Shown here piece by piece: positions 26,501 to 36,235 of a DNA stretch of 61,382 nt. The notes beneath the pieces are model-generated. The model did no database searches, was not told the origin of the DNA, and saw nothing but the letters and a program-made list of their open reading frames with translations. The stretch is from Planctomycetota bacterium (GTDB lineage Bacteria > Planctomycetota > SZUA-567): positions 1-61,382 of the forward strand of contig JAITQC010000152.1 of the NCBI GenBank assembly GCA_031289115.1, written 5' to 3'. Made by a program: the position numbers and the translations under genes. Numbering within the stretch: position 1 is the stretch's first letter; every line of letters begins with the position of its first letter.

Positions 26501-27424
26501 TTAGTCGTCGCTACTCGCCGGCCTATTCCCGGCTGGCTCGAGCGGGAGGTCTTGTTCTCGCTCCCCATCCTTAAGTTCCAGGTCATCCAGGGCGATCTGG
26601 GCCGCCATCTGCTGGGCCGCCTTTTTGCTGGGACCCCGTCCACGGCCGTATTCCACCCCGTCCACCAGGACCGCCACCTCGAAAAGACAGGCGTGTTCCG
26701 GACCCTCTATCGTCACCACCCGGTAGAGCGGGAGACAGCCAAACTGGTGCTGGACTTTCCGCTGCAGGAGCGACTTGGCGTTGCCGGGGACGCCATGTTC
26801 GGCCAGGAGCGACCTGACCTCGGTGGTCTGGAGGATAAAGTCGCGCACCATCGGGTAGCCGCCATCCAGGTATATTGCCGCCACCACCGCCTCGTAAGTG
26901 TTGGCCTGGAGTGACTCGGGAAGGCTGTCCTTCAACCCTAGGCCCCGGCCGATCCTGAGAAACCGCCGGAGATTCAGACGGCGGAATATCCGGGCCAGGG
27001 CGGGACGGCATACCAGGGCGGACTTGGTCTCGGTCAGAGCCCCCTCGTCCTGGTCGGGATACTGGAGAAACAGGTACTCCCGCACCACCATGTCAAGAAC
27101 GGCGTCGCCGAAAAACTCCAGTCGCTCGTTGTCTTGCATTTTTCCGCTGGTGCTGGAGGAATGGGTCAGGGCTTTAACCAGGAGACGGCGGTCGCGAAAA
27201 GTGTAACCCAGGATTTTTTCGCAGAGGGCGAGGTCGATAACCTCTCCGGCCGCTTTTTTCCGCGGGGGAGGGGGGGAGGCGCTGGACAGCGGGTCAGAGG
27301 GAGCTGGGGTTGTCTCGAGGGTCAGTTCTACCTCGACATCCTCCGCCTCGCCATAGACGTCGACCAAGACGTCGGAGGTTGGAAGCTTATGGTAGTGGCG
27401 TTTCCGGTGGCGGTGCAGACTCAT
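26501..27424 (-). CDS. rnc: Ribonuclease III with an N-terminal low-complexity extension
   Basis: RNase III signature ERLEFFGDAVLD. dsRBD at the C-terminus (KSLLQRKVQ...GPSKKAAQQMAAQIAL). ATG 27424 is preferred, because the listed ORF extends into prmC. Confidence 0.9.
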   Translation of the reverse strand: MSLHRHRKRHYHKLPTSDVLVDVYGEAEDVEVELTLETTPAPSDPLSSASPPPPRKKAAGEVIDLALCEKILGYTFRDRRLLVKALTHSSSTSGKMQDNERLEFFGDAVLDMVVREYLFLQYPDQDEGALTETKSALVCRPALARIFRRLNLRRFLRIGRGLGLKDSLPESLQANTYEAVVAAIYLDGGYPMVRDFILQTTEVRSLLAEHGVPGNAKSLLQRKVQHQFGCLPLYRVVTIEGPEHACLFEVAVLVDGVEYGRGRGPSKKAAQQMAAQIALDDLELKDGEREQDLPLEPAGNRPASSDD

Positions 27425-27521
27425 GGATTGGACCTGATAGCTAGAAAAGGAAAACCGGGAGCCTCTCCCGGGTGGGTTTTCCGTCTTAATAGTCAGTTCG
27501 CCAGCTGGGTTTACCCCCGGG

Positions 27522-28628
27522 TCAGTTTTCCCGTCGGGCGGCAAGCACCCGGGGGTGCCCGGCCGCGTCGTCCTGTATTTCGGGAGGGGCAAAACCGTTT
27601 TGGACCAGGATTTCCGTAACCGCTGGCGCCTGTCCCGCCCCGATCTCCAGGAAAAGGCTACCGCCGGCGGTGAGGCGGGCGGCGGCGCCGGCGATGATGG
27701 CGCGAAAACATTCCAGGCCATCCTCCCCGCCGTAAAGGGCTATTTCCGGGTCAAAACGGCTGACTTCAGGCCAGATCTCTTGGTCGCCCCGGACCAGGTA
27801 GGGGGGGTTTGAGACCACCACGTCGTAGGTTTCCCCGGCCGGGCAGGCGGCGAACCAGCTCCCCTGGTGAAAAGAAATGCGCTCCGCCACATGGCAAGCG
27901 GCGGCGTTAAGCCGGGCGGTGGAAAGCGCCTCCGGCGACACGTCCACCGCCGTCAGGCTGGCGGTTGGGTGACGGTCAGCCAGGGCCACGGCGATGCAAC
28001 CACTGCCGGTTCCAAGGTCGAGGATGGCGATTGCCGGTGGCGCCGGGGTAGGCCCGGCGGGGGCGGCGCGGGGTCCAACCCGGCTAGGGCGCCTAGCGGT
28101 GGCGGGCGCCAAATCGAACCGGGGTTCCCCTTCCCCTTCCCCTTCCCCTTCCTCCTCTTCCTCCTCCTCGCCAGCCTCACCAGCGTAGGCGTCGAGGATG
28201 GCGTCTAGGTCGGCGGTGACTTCTTCCCTCGCCTCTGGCGTTTCCGCCGGCGGCGTATTAGCCAGCGGGGACGCTACGGGCAGGGTCATGGCCAGCACTC
28301 CCTCGACCAGGAGTTCGGTTTCCGGACGGGGGGAAAACACCGCCGGAGTGACTGCCAGGGTGAGACCCATGAACTCGCGCTCGCCCAGAATCCGGCTCAC
28401 CGGTTCGCGGCTGGCGCGGCGGCGCACCATGTCGCGAAACTCCGCCAGGGAGTGGCTGTCAATTGTCTGGTCGAAGGCGGCGTAAAGGTTGATACGGCTT
28501 CCCAGGTGGAGGGCGTGGCTAAGGAGGATTTCGCAGTCGAGCCGGGGATTGGGAACCGCTTTACTGGCTAGGTAACTGGCCGATACCTTCACCAGCTCCA
28601 GAGGCTTCCACTCTTTTTCCTGGCTCAC
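27522..28628 (-). CDS. prmC: Release-factor glutamine N5-methyltransferase PrmC (HemK) with an internal acidic/Pro-rich insertion
   Basis: SAM motif ILDLGTGSGCIAV and catalytic VVSNPPYL. GTGA overlap with the prfA stop. Confidence 0.9.
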   Translation of the reverse strand: MSQEKEWKPLELVKVSASYLASKAVPNPRLDCEILLSHALHLGSRINLYAAFDQTIDSHSLAEFRDMVRRRASREPVSRILGEREFMGLTLAVTPAVFSPRPETELLVEGVLAMTLPVASPLANTPPAETPEAREEVTADLDAILDAYAGEAGEEEEEEEGEGEGEGEPRFDLAPATARRPSRVGPRAAPAGPTPAPPAIAILDLGTGSGCIAVALADRHPTASLTAVDVSPEALSTARLNAAACHVAERISFHQGSWFAACPAGETYDVVVSNPPYLVRGDQEIWPEVSRFDPEIALYGGEDGLECFRAIIAGAAARLTAGGSLFLEIGAGQAPAVTEILVQNGFAPPEIQDDAAGHPRVLAARREN

Positions 28629-29692
28629 CCTTCGAGCTCCTTCTGTCGCCCGTACTCCAGGAGTTCCGCCACCAGTTTGTCAAGCTTGCCTTCGATAATG
28701 TCGGCCAGGGAAAAATTGTGGCCCAAGCGGTGGTCGGTGCAGCGGTCCTGGGGGAAGTTGTAGGTGCGCACCCGTTCCGAACGGTCCCCGGAACCGGTCT
28801 GCTCCCGGCGTTCACTGGCGCGTTTGGCGTCTTCCTCGGCTTTTTTAAGCTCGTAAACGCGGGACCGGATAATCCGCAGGGCTTTTTCCCGGTTCTTGCG
28901 CTGGCTCTTTTCCTCCTGCATGAAGACGGTGAGGCCGGTGGGAAGGTGGGTGATGCGTACCGAGGAGTTGGTGGTGTTGACCGACTGGCCGCCGGGGCCG
29001 GAAGAGGCCTGAATGTCGATTTTCAGTTCCTCCGGGCGGATGTCCACCTCGTACTCCTCAACCTCCCGAAGGACCGCCACCGTGGCGGCGGAAGTGTGGA
29101 TGCGGCCCTGGGTCTCGGTAACCGGCACGCGTTGCACCCGGTGTCCTCCTGCCTCGAGGCGGAGGTCGCGGAAGGCGTTTTCCCCCTCCACTCCCACGAT
29201 CACCTCGCGGAACCCGCCCTTCTCCGAGGGTGACATGGCCATGGGCTCAAACTTCCAGTCCCGGGACTCGGCGAAGTTGCGGTACATGCGGTAGAGGTCG
29301 CCGGCGAACAGGGCCGCCTCGTCTCCTCCGGTGCCAGCCCGTATCTCCACTATGGCGTTACTCTCCTCCTCGATCTTTTTTCCAAACAGGCCGTCCAGAA
29401 GCTGGAGGGAAAGCTCCTCCGTCCGGGCGGTGAGGGCGGGAATCTCCCCCGCCGCCAGTTCCCGGATGTCGGCGTCGCCAGACAGGTCTCCGGCGAGTTC
29501 CTGGTTGTCCTGGATTTCCTTCTCAAGAGCCAGGTATTCCTGGTAGAGGCGCATGACTTTTTGGAGTGAACCGCGTTCACGCATGTAGTCAGCGACCCGC
29601 TGGTCTCCGCCGGGGGCGGAAAGCAACTGGTCGAGCTCGGTGAAACGGGCCAGACGACTGTCCAGCTTTTCTCTAACTTTGGCGTCCAACAT
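28625..29692 (-). CDS. prfA: Peptide chain release factor 1
   Basis: GGQ motif SSGPGGQSVNTT, and PVT in RVPVTETQGRIHTS (RF1-type tripeptide anticodon). ATG 29692 is preferred over TTG 29707. Confidence 0.95.
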   Translation of the reverse strand: MLDAKVREKLDSRLARFTELDQLLSAPGGDQRVADYMRERGSLQKVMRLYQEYLALEKEIQDNQELAGDLSGDADIRELAAGEIPALTARTEELSLQLLDGLFGKKIEEESNAIVEIRAGTGGDEAALFAGDLYRMYRNFAESRDWKFEPMAMSPSEKGGFREVIVGVEGENAFRDLRLEAGGHRVQRVPVTETQGRIHTSAATVAVLREVEEYEVDIRPEELKIDIQASSGPGGQSVNTTNSSVRITHLPTGLTVFMQEEKSQRKNREKALRIIRSRVYELKKAEEDAKRASERREQTGSGDRSERVRTYNFPQDRCTDHRLGHNFSLADIIEGKLDKLVAELLEYGRQKELEG

Positions 29693-29863
29693 GGATGAGG
29701 TTCTCAAAACCAGCCAAGACTCTGCTGTAGGGTGGCCGGGGCGGCGGGTGACCTGGGGCGCCAGTTTAACGTCCCGTCCGGACGGCGGCTAAGAATAAGG
29801 TGAAGGCGGCGGGGTCGGGGGGGCCCGACCCCGCCGCCCCAAAAAACCACTGGCGTTGGCCGC

Positions 29864-30265
29864 TTATTCCGTCTTACTGGAGTCGCCACCTTTCGCCGCC
29901 TTGGCAGCCGGGGTCGCTTTTTCCGCCGACTCGGCTGGCGATTCGGCCCGCCGTGGCAGTCGCCGGGCCGCCTTCTGGCGTTTCTCTTCCTGAATGGCCG
30001 CGGACTGGGTCTGTTTCTTCGACACCTTCTTTTTGGGAGGAAGAAGGGCGGCGGTGGTGGCACCCTCCGCCAGGTTGAAGCGTTTCTGGAATTTCTCGAT
30101 ACGCCCGGCGGTGTCGACAAACTTCTGCTTGCCGGTGAAGAAGGGGTGGCATTCGTTGCAGAGAGCCAAACGAATTTCCTTCTTGGTGGAACGGGTCTTG
30201 AACTCGTTGCCACAGGCGCAGTGAACAGTAACTTCCTCGTAGTGGGGGTGGATCTCGGCTTTCAT
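29864..30265 (-). CDS. rpmE: 50S ribosomal protein L31 with a ~65-aa Lys/Ala-rich C-terminal tail
   Basis: MKAEIHPHY...VHCACGNEF...[28 protein letters not shown] (CxxC Zn-ribbon form), followed by a low-complexity tail. Confidence 0.9.
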   Translation of the reverse strand: MKAEIHPHYEEVTVHCACGNEFKTRSTKKEIRLALCNECHPFFTGKQKFVDTAGRIEKFQKRFNLAEGATTAALLPPKKKVSKKQTQSAAIQEEKRQKAARRLPRRAESPAESAEKATPAAKAAKGGDSSKTE

Positions 30266-30402
30266 GGCTCTTTTCCTTTACAGGGGGACCTGACACGTTC
30301 TCCGGGGTCCCCGGGGGTTATGGGACTAGCGCCTGGGGCGGGGTTTCCCACTCCCGGGCGAAAAATTTATTATCCACTGGCGGACAAGCGCTACCGCGCA
30401 GG

Positions 30403-32454
30403 TCAGGAGCGGGCGGAAGTCTTGCTGGAAGTGCCTTTCTCCTCCTGCATGGAGCGCGCCTTCTGCGCCACCTGCTGGGCAATGTTAGCGGGAACCGCCT
30501 CGTAGTGCGAAAGTTCGATGCCGTAGGATCCTTCGCCCTGGGTTATGGCCTTGAGGGTTGAACCGTAGTCAGCCACCTCGGCCAGGGGGGCCTGCGCCTT
30601 TAAGACCTGCATGTCGCCCAACTGGTCCGTGCCGGTGGGTCGGCCGCGGCGGCTGGAGATGTCACCCGAGATGTCGCCGAAGTACTGGGCGGGAAAGACA
30701 ATTTCCAGGTTGACAATTGGCTCCAGAAGCACCGGTTTGCAGCCGGCGACAATTTCCCGGAAACCCATTTCGCCGGCAATCTGGAAGGCGATATCCTTGG
30801 AGTCGACTGGATGCTCCTTGCCGAAGAAAAGCTCAACTACCACGTCCACCAGGGGGAAACCGGCTACCGGACCCTTTTCCAGGGCCTTTTTCACCCCCTT
30901 CTCCACCGAGGGAATGAAGGGACCGGAGATGACGCCGCCGACAATGGCGTTGACAAACTGGAAGCCGCCACCACGCTCGTTTGGCTTGATCCGCAGATGC
31001 ACCTCGCCAAACTGTCCGGCGCCGCCGGATTGTTTTTTGTGGCGGTAACTACCCTCGGACTCGCGGGTGATTGTCTCGAGGTAAGGTATTTTCGGCGGCT
31101 TGGTGTCGAGTTCCATGCCGTAGCGGGTTTTCAGGCGGGAAAGCATGACGTCCAAGTGGACTTGGCTAAGGCCGCGGATAACCTGTTCGCCAGTCTGTTC
31201 GCTACGGGCGAACTGGAAAGTGGGGTCTTCTTCGCAAAGGCGGTGCAGGTTGGCGCCCATCTTCTGCTCGTCGCCGCGGTTCCGGGGTGAAATGGCAAGG
31301 CCGGTCATCGGGGTGGGGAAGGGGGGAGGCGGGAAGCGCAAGTCGCCAGAGTGGTAGACAGTGTCACCGAGGTGGAGGTTGTCTACCTTGGCCACTCCCA
31401 CGATGTCACCGGTGACTGCCTCGGCGATGTCCTCGCGCTTTTCTCCGTTAACCCGCACCAACTGGGCAAACTTCTCCGGACGGCCAGTGCCAGAGACGTT
31501 GGCTTGGGTCTTGGACTCAAGTTTCCCCGAAAACACCCGGAGGAAACAGAGTTTGCCGACATGGGGGTCAGAAACCACCTTGAAAGCCTGGGCCAGGAGG
31601 GGACCGTCCTCCTTCGCTTCCAGGGGAACGGTGTCGGACGAGTCGTTTATCACCAGCAGGCGACGGGAAGCCAGGGGACTCGGGGTGATGGCGACCAAGG
31701 CGTCCATGAGTTCACTCACGCCCAGGTTTTTCTCCGCCGCCAGGTGGAAAACAGGAATCACCGTCCCGGCGAGGATAGCTTTGGGGAGGACGTTCTGGAA
31801 CTCCTCCGGGGAGACATCGCCGTTTTCCAGGTATTTTTCCATCAGGGTGTCGTCCGCCTCAATGGCGCTTTCCTTGACTCGGGCCAAAAGCCCGGCCGCC
31901 TCCGGACCCGGGTTGCCGGCGAGTATGCTGGTCACCCCCTGGAAGCCAGCTCCCTCGCCCTGGGGGATGGTGAAGAGGGCGCATTTGCTGCCGAAAACCT
32001 TCTGGATGTTGGCGAAAACCTCCGGCAGGTTGACGTTTTCCGCGTCGGAACGGGTGATGGCGATGATCTTCCCCAGACCCAGGCGGTTGGCGACGTCCCA
32101 GGCTTTACGGGTCATTAGTTCTATTCCCCGCTGGGCGTTGACGCAGATGACCACGCTGTCGACTCCGGTGAGACCACCAATCATGGCGCCCTGGAAATCC
32201 ATTTGTCCGGGGGTGTCGACCAGGTTTATCTCCCGGCCGGCATGGGTGAGGTGGAGCACGGAGGCGTTGAGGGAATAGCGGTACTCCTTCTCCTCCTTCT
32301 CGTAGTCAGACACGGTGGTGCCATCGCTTATTGACCCCAGACGGCTGATTTGCCCAGCTTTCAGGAGCATGGCTTCGGCCAGGATGGTTTTCCCGCTTCC
32401 CGAATGCCCGGCCAGGGCGATGTTCCGGATATCGGAAGACTTGTATTTCGCCAT
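30403..32454 (-). CDS. Elongation factor G paralog (EF-G2-like translational GTPase)
   Basis: G1 AGHSGSGKT, G3 DTPGQMDF, EF-G domains II-V. The N-terminal pattern resembles EF-G-2 rather than canonical FusA (AHIDAGKTT). Confidence 0.85.
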   Translation of the reverse strand: MAKYKSSDIRNIALAGHSGSGKTILAEAMLLKAGQISRLGSISDGTTVSDYEKEEKEYRYSLNASVLHLTHAGREINLVDTPGQMDFQGAMIGGLTGVDSVVICVNAQRGIELMTRKAWDVANRLGLGKIIAITRSDAENVNLPEVFANIQKVFGSKCALFTIPQGEGAGFQGVTSILAGNPGPEAAGLLARVKESAIEADDTLMEKYLENGDVSPEEFQNVLPKAILAGTVIPVFHLAAEKNLGVSELMDALVAITPSPLASRRLLVINDSSDTVPLEAKEDGPLLAQAFKVVSDPHVGKLCFLRVFSGKLESKTQANVSGTGRPEKFAQLVRVNGEKREDIAEAVTGDIVGVAKVDNLHLGDTVYHSGDLRFPPPPFPTPMTGLAISPRNRGDEQKMGANLHRLCEEDPTFQFARSEQTGEQVIRGLSQVHLDVMLSRLKTRYGMELDTKPPKIPYLETITRESEGSYRHKKQSGGAGQFGEVHLRIKPNERGGGFQFVNAIVGGVISGPFIPSVEKGVKKALEKGPVAGFPLVDVVVELFFGKEHPVDSKDIAFQIAGEMGFREIVAGCKPVLLEPIVNLEIVFPAQYFGDISGDISSRRGRPTGTDQLGDMQVLKAQAPLAEVADYGSTLKAITQGEGSYGIELSHYEAVPANIAQQVAQKARSMQEEKGTSSKTSARS

Positions 32455-32607
32455 AGGAACTCCAGTCGGAAAAAAAAAGATCGGGGTTGCGGCCCCGGAT
32501 CGGAGGATAATAGGGGAATTAAAGATTATATTCCTCTTCCTGCCATCCGCAAGCCTTTTTGGGCCGGCGCCTTCGCCGCCACCGGCCCGACCTGGGGTAG
32601 GCCAGGG

Positions 32608-33645
32608 TCAGAGGACGAAAATGACCTTGTTGTAGGTCATTTGCCGGGAATGCATGCGGGTCAGAATATCCACCCCTTCCTCTAGGGATGGGCGGTGACT
32701 TATCAGGGGAGCGACCTGGAATTCGCGGTCCATGTAGGAAAGAACCCGGCTCCACTCGTCGGTGCCCCGGGGGGTCCAGCGGGAGTTCCAGGTGCCGTGG
32801 ATAGTGAGTTCGCGGCGCAGGATGGAGGAGAATTCCTTTTCGCCGATGGCGAAAGTGCCGTGGATGTTGCCCATGAACACCACCTCGCCGAAATTAGCGG
32901 CGCTTTGGGTCGCCTGGAGGAAAGTGACGGGTAGGCCAATCGCCTCCACCACCCGGTCGGCTCCGCGGCCGCCAGTGGCGTCCCGAATCGCCTGCACCGG
33001 GTCAGCCCCGGCTCCGGAGGGGATGGGGGTGAGACCAAGGGATTGGGCGATAGCGAGCTTCTCAGGATCGATGTCAACGCTGAATACCTGGCGGCAACCA
33101 TTGATTTTAAGCCACTGGCCCACCATGTTGCCGATAGGGCCGGCTCCGTAAACGGCGCCGGTGTCGCCCGGACGCAGGCGCATTTTTCCCACTCCGTGCA
33201 GCGCCACCGCGGCCGGTTCCACCATGGCGGCGTGAACCAAGTCCACATGGTCGGGCACCCGGAGGATGTTTTTCTCCGGCACGTAGAGCTGTTCAGCGAA
33301 GGCGCCGTCCCGGCGGGAGCCAAAATAGTCGTAATGCGAGCAAAGAACATAGTCACCGGTCTGGCAGGCGGGGCAGACGCCGCACCAGAGGAGGGGGAAT
33401 ACCACTACCCGGTCACCGGCCTTGTACTGGCTGCTTCCGGCTGGGTCTTCCACCACGCCGGAGAACTCGTGCCCCATGATCAGTGGGTAGCCATAGGCCC
33501 CTCCGGTGAAACCGCGGGGTAGGTCGGAACCGCAAACCCCGGCCGCCTTTACCCGGATCCCTAGCCAGGCCGGATCGTCCCGGCGGGGCGGGGGTACCTC
33601 CCGGTAACTAAGCCTGGCGTTTTCCTCAAGGACAAGGGCTTTCAT
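32608..33645 (-). CDS. Zinc-dependent medium-chain alcohol/polyol dehydrogenase
   Basis: GVCGSDLP, GHEFSG, structural Zn cysteines CGVCPACQTGDYVLC, and Rossmann GAGPIG. Confidence 0.85.
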   Translation of the reverse strand: MKALVLEENARLSYREVPPPRRDDPAWLGIRVKAAGVCGSDLPRGFTGGAYGYPLIMGHEFSGVVEDPAGSSQYKAGDRVVVFPLLWCGVCPACQTGDYVLCSHYDYFGSRRDGAFAEQLYVPEKNILRVPDHVDLVHAAMVEPAAVALHGVGKMRLRPGDTGAVYGAGPIGNMVGQWLKINGCRQVFSVDIDPEKLAIAQSLGLTPIPSGAGADPVQAIRDATGGRGADRVVEAIGLPVTFLQATQSAANFGEVVFMGNIHGTFAIGEKEFSSILRRELTIHGTWNSRWTPRGTDEWSRVLSYMDREFQVAPLISHRPSLEEGVDILTRMHSRQMTYNKVIFVL

Positions 33646-33702
33646 ACAGTCTCCTCTATACGGGTGAAAATGTCGATGCGTCGGTCCGCCCCCGGGGCGT
33701 GG

Positions 33703-34602
33703 TTAACCCTGACCCGCCTGGGGGGGAGGCGCCTGGCGCCAGCGGAGCCGGGCCTGGAAAAACAGGCCGACCAAGAACATCGCCAGGGCCAGCCACTGTC
33801 CTAGCCGCAAACCCGGGAAAGCGCCAAAGCTATAGCGTAACGGGGTGTCGTCACGCCAGAATTCGATGAAGAAGCGGAACAGGGAATAGCTGAAGATAAA
33901 CCAGAGTACCACCTGTCCGTCGGGATGGGGCCATTTCTTTTCCGCTACGATTAGACTGATGGCGATCAGGAACAGGGCTAGGGCGGAAATGATCTGCGTC
34001 GGGTAAAGATGTATGGGGGGGGAGGTGTCAAGTGGATAACCCAAACTGACCAGAAGGGAGACCCATTCCTCCAGCCAGTTGGCAGCCATTTCATCCTGGT
34101 AGGCCATCGGATAGATCTCGGGGGGGAAGGTTATCCCCAGCGGGAAACCGGCTGGGGCGGGTTTACCCCAACAACAGCCGTTCATGAGGCAGCCGATACG
34201 CCCTAAGCCGATACCGGTAGCCAAGGCGGGGGCGTAGATATCGAGCATTTTGCCGACGGGTATTTTTTTCCAAACCAGATACAGCCACACCATAGGGATG
34301 GCGAGGACCAGTCCACCCTGGAGGGTCAGGCCGCCGTTCCACACGGCGAACCACTCGGCCGGACCGGAGGCGCCCTCATCCGGCAGGTAGTCGATGAGGA
34401 GGAAGGCGAGTCGAGCCCCAACCACACCGGCGATAATGGATATAAGACCGACATCCATGACACTGTCCCGGCTTATCCCCCGGCTCGCCGCTCGCCAGCA
34501 GGCGAGAGCGAGGGCGGCTAGGAACCCGAGCATCAGGAACAGGCCGTACCCATAAACCGGGATACCGTCACCGAGAGGAAGATGGAAAAGAATTCGTTGC
34601 AT
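33703..34602 (-). CDS. lgt: Prolipoprotein diacylglyceryl transferase Lgt
   Basis: Polytopic protein with IPVYGYGLFLMLGF..., GARLAF, GRIGCLMNGCCWG and PTQI motifs. Confidence 0.9.
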   Translation of the reverse strand: MQRILFHLPLGDGIPVYGYGLFLMLGFLAALALACWRAASRGISRDSVMDVGLISIIAGVVGARLAFLLIDYLPDEGASGPAEWFAVWNGGLTLQGGLVLAIPMVWLYLVWKKIPVGKMLDIYAPALATGIGLGRIGCLMNGCCWGKPAPAGFPLGITFPPEIYPMAYQDEMAANWLEEWVSLLVSLGYPLDTSPPIHLYPTQIISALALFLIAISLIVAEKKWPHPDGQVVLWFIFSYSLFRFFIEFWRDDTPLRYSFGAFPGLRLGQWLALAMFLVGLFFQARLRWRQAPPPQAGQG

Positions 34603-34795
34603 CGACTGTCCTTAGTCAAGCGGATGGCGGTTAGCCGCCGGCTGGGTGGAGAGCGTATCCCGGAAAACCGTTGCCCCGCGGCGTAAACACTTCGGGGGGA
34701 ACTGGTCTCCGGTGGAAAGACGGAGAGGAATATCCGGACAGCAACCATCCGGCCATTATCTATATTAGGAATCGGCCGGTGCCAGATGGCAAGCA

Positions 34796-35023
34796 CTATC
34801 CCAAGTGGCTATTAAACTCTTCCATTGTTTTCGCTTCCAGTGATTTAACTAGCATGGTTTCCAGTAAGTTAAAGTCTAGACAGCGTAGCACTTTTTCCTT
34901 GACTGGATTGGGTACCGGGCCAAGGCGGACAGCTAAAATGGTCATAATATTGTTTTGACTACCTTTCAACTTTCCTTTTAGTTCACTCTCAGCCTTGATA
35001 ATATCAATACTGGTAAGGGCCAT
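34796..35023 (-). CDS. Orphan RpnS-like (DUF4351-type C-terminal domain) small protein, 75 aa, about 1 tetrapeptide repeat
   Basis: MALTSIDIIKAESELKG-KLKG-SQNNIMTILAVRLGPVPNPVKEKVLRCLDFNLLETMLVKSLEAKTMEEFNSHLG. ATG 35023 is preceded by AAGAGGAAGGGAAAA. The longer listed ORF (to 35500) reads through the non-coding spacer. Confidence 0.6.
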   Translation of the reverse strand: MALTSIDIIKAESELKGKLKGSQNNIMTILAVRLGPVPNPVKEKVLRCLDFNLLETMLVKSLEAKTMEEFNSHLG

Positions 35024-35503
35024 TTTTCCCTTCCTCTTGAGCAAGTATTGGTGTAATAACGGCGTTTCCAAAGCCGCAAGGCCATCCGCCACGTTAACAA
35101 CTTCCAGTATATATCGGCTGGTTTTGGCGGTAAAGCGCTTTATCCGGAGGCCGGGGTTGGCGGTGGGGTCTGGGGCGCAAAGAGCGCCACCCCGCTGCCT
35201 TATACGCTGGTTGGTCAGTAATGTCCGTATCAGTGGGGGTGAGGATCCTGGGGTCAAAACCAACCCGGAAAAGTTGTCGTTATCCAGGATAGCGCTTGTC
35301 ACTAATAGTTGTCGTGTTTGGTAATGTAATGCCGATGGTGTTACGATAGGCACTGATAATCCTGGACCAGATGCTGACTTCTGATTTGCGATGGGAGAGA
35401 AAAGGACGAGCCAAACAGGAAGATTTGGGGTGAGCTGGAGGCAGGGGAAAAACCCTGCCTCCCGGGTCGGTTTCACGTTCCTCCGAACGGGGGGCGGCAA
35501 TGG

Positions 35504-35755
35504 CTAGCTCAAGTGGCTGGTAAACTCTTCCAGTGTTTTCGCTTTCACTGATTCCACCAGCATGGTTTTCAGTAAGTTAAAGTCTAGACAGTAGAGCACT
35601 TTTTCCTTGACCGGATTGGGTACCGGGCCAAAGCGGACAGCTAAAATAGTCATAATATTGTTTTGACTACCTTCCAACTTTCCTTTCAACTTTCCTTTCA
35701 ACCATCCTTTTAGTTCACTCTCAGCCTTGATAATATCAATACTGGTAAGGGCCAT
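35504..35755 (-). CDS. Orphan RpnS-like small protein, 83 aa, about 3 tetrapeptide repeats
   Basis: MALTSIDIIKAESELKG-WLKGKLKGKLEG-SQNNIMTILAVRFGPVPNPVKEKVLYCLDFNLL... Same SD+ATG context at 35755. Confidence 0.6.
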   Translation of the reverse strand: MALTSIDIIKAESELKGWLKGKLKGKLEGSQNNIMTILAVRFGPVPNPVKEKVLYCLDFNLLKTMLVESVKAKTLEEFTSHLS

Positions 35756-36235
35756 TTTTTCCCTTCCTCTTGAGCAAGTATTGGTGTAATAACTGCGTTT
35801 CCAAAGCTGCAAGGCCATCCGCCATGTTAACAACTTCCAGTATATATCGGCTGGTTTTGTCGGTAAAGCGCTTTATCCGGAGGCCGGGGTTGGCGGTGGG
35901 GTCTGGGGCGCAAAGAGCGCCACCCCGCTGCCTTATACGCTGGGTTGGCCAAGTCTGTTTGTATTTGTAGGGTCGAGGATCCCTGTTTTAAAATCAACCC
36001 GAAAAGTTGTCGTTATCCAGGATAGCGCTTGTCACCAATATTTGTCGTGTTTGGCGATGTAACGCTAGTGGTGTTACGGTAGACACTGGTAATCCTGGAC
36101 CAGATGCTGATTTACGTATTTACGGTGGGAAAGAAAAGGACGGGCCAAACAGGAAGATTTGGGGTGACCGGGAGGCAGGGGAAAAACCCCGCCTCCCGGA
36201 TTGTTTTCACGTTCCTTCAAACGGGGCGATAATGG

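Noticed and set aside
26431-26643. N-terminal 71-codon extension of the listed purB ORF (start 26643).
   Set aside because: The extension overlaps the 3' end of rnc and is Arg/Pro-rich nonsense-like sequence. The canonical PurB N-terminus (MPKNDPYATYDNPL) begins at ATG 26430.
27425-27721. Upstream extension of the listed rnc ORF (start 27721).
   Set aside because: It overlaps the prmC coding region in another frame and has an implausible composition. ATG 27424, downstream of the prmC stop, is more plausible.
32560-32590. The GC hairpin GGGCCGG...CCGGCCC downstream of the dehydrogenase gene as a rho-independent terminator.
   Set aside because: On the transcribed (minus) strand the hairpin is followed by an A-run, not a U-run. 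The orientation is wrong for an intrinsic terminator of either neighbouring gene.
35024-35500. The long 234-aa reading of ORF 34796-35500, and similar N-terminal extensions of 35504-35833 and 37139-37588.
   Set aside because: The upstream parts translate the conserved non-coding spacer. The frame is open in only one copy, and the start differs between copies. The conserved SD+ATG (MA[LP]TSID...) is shared by all copies.
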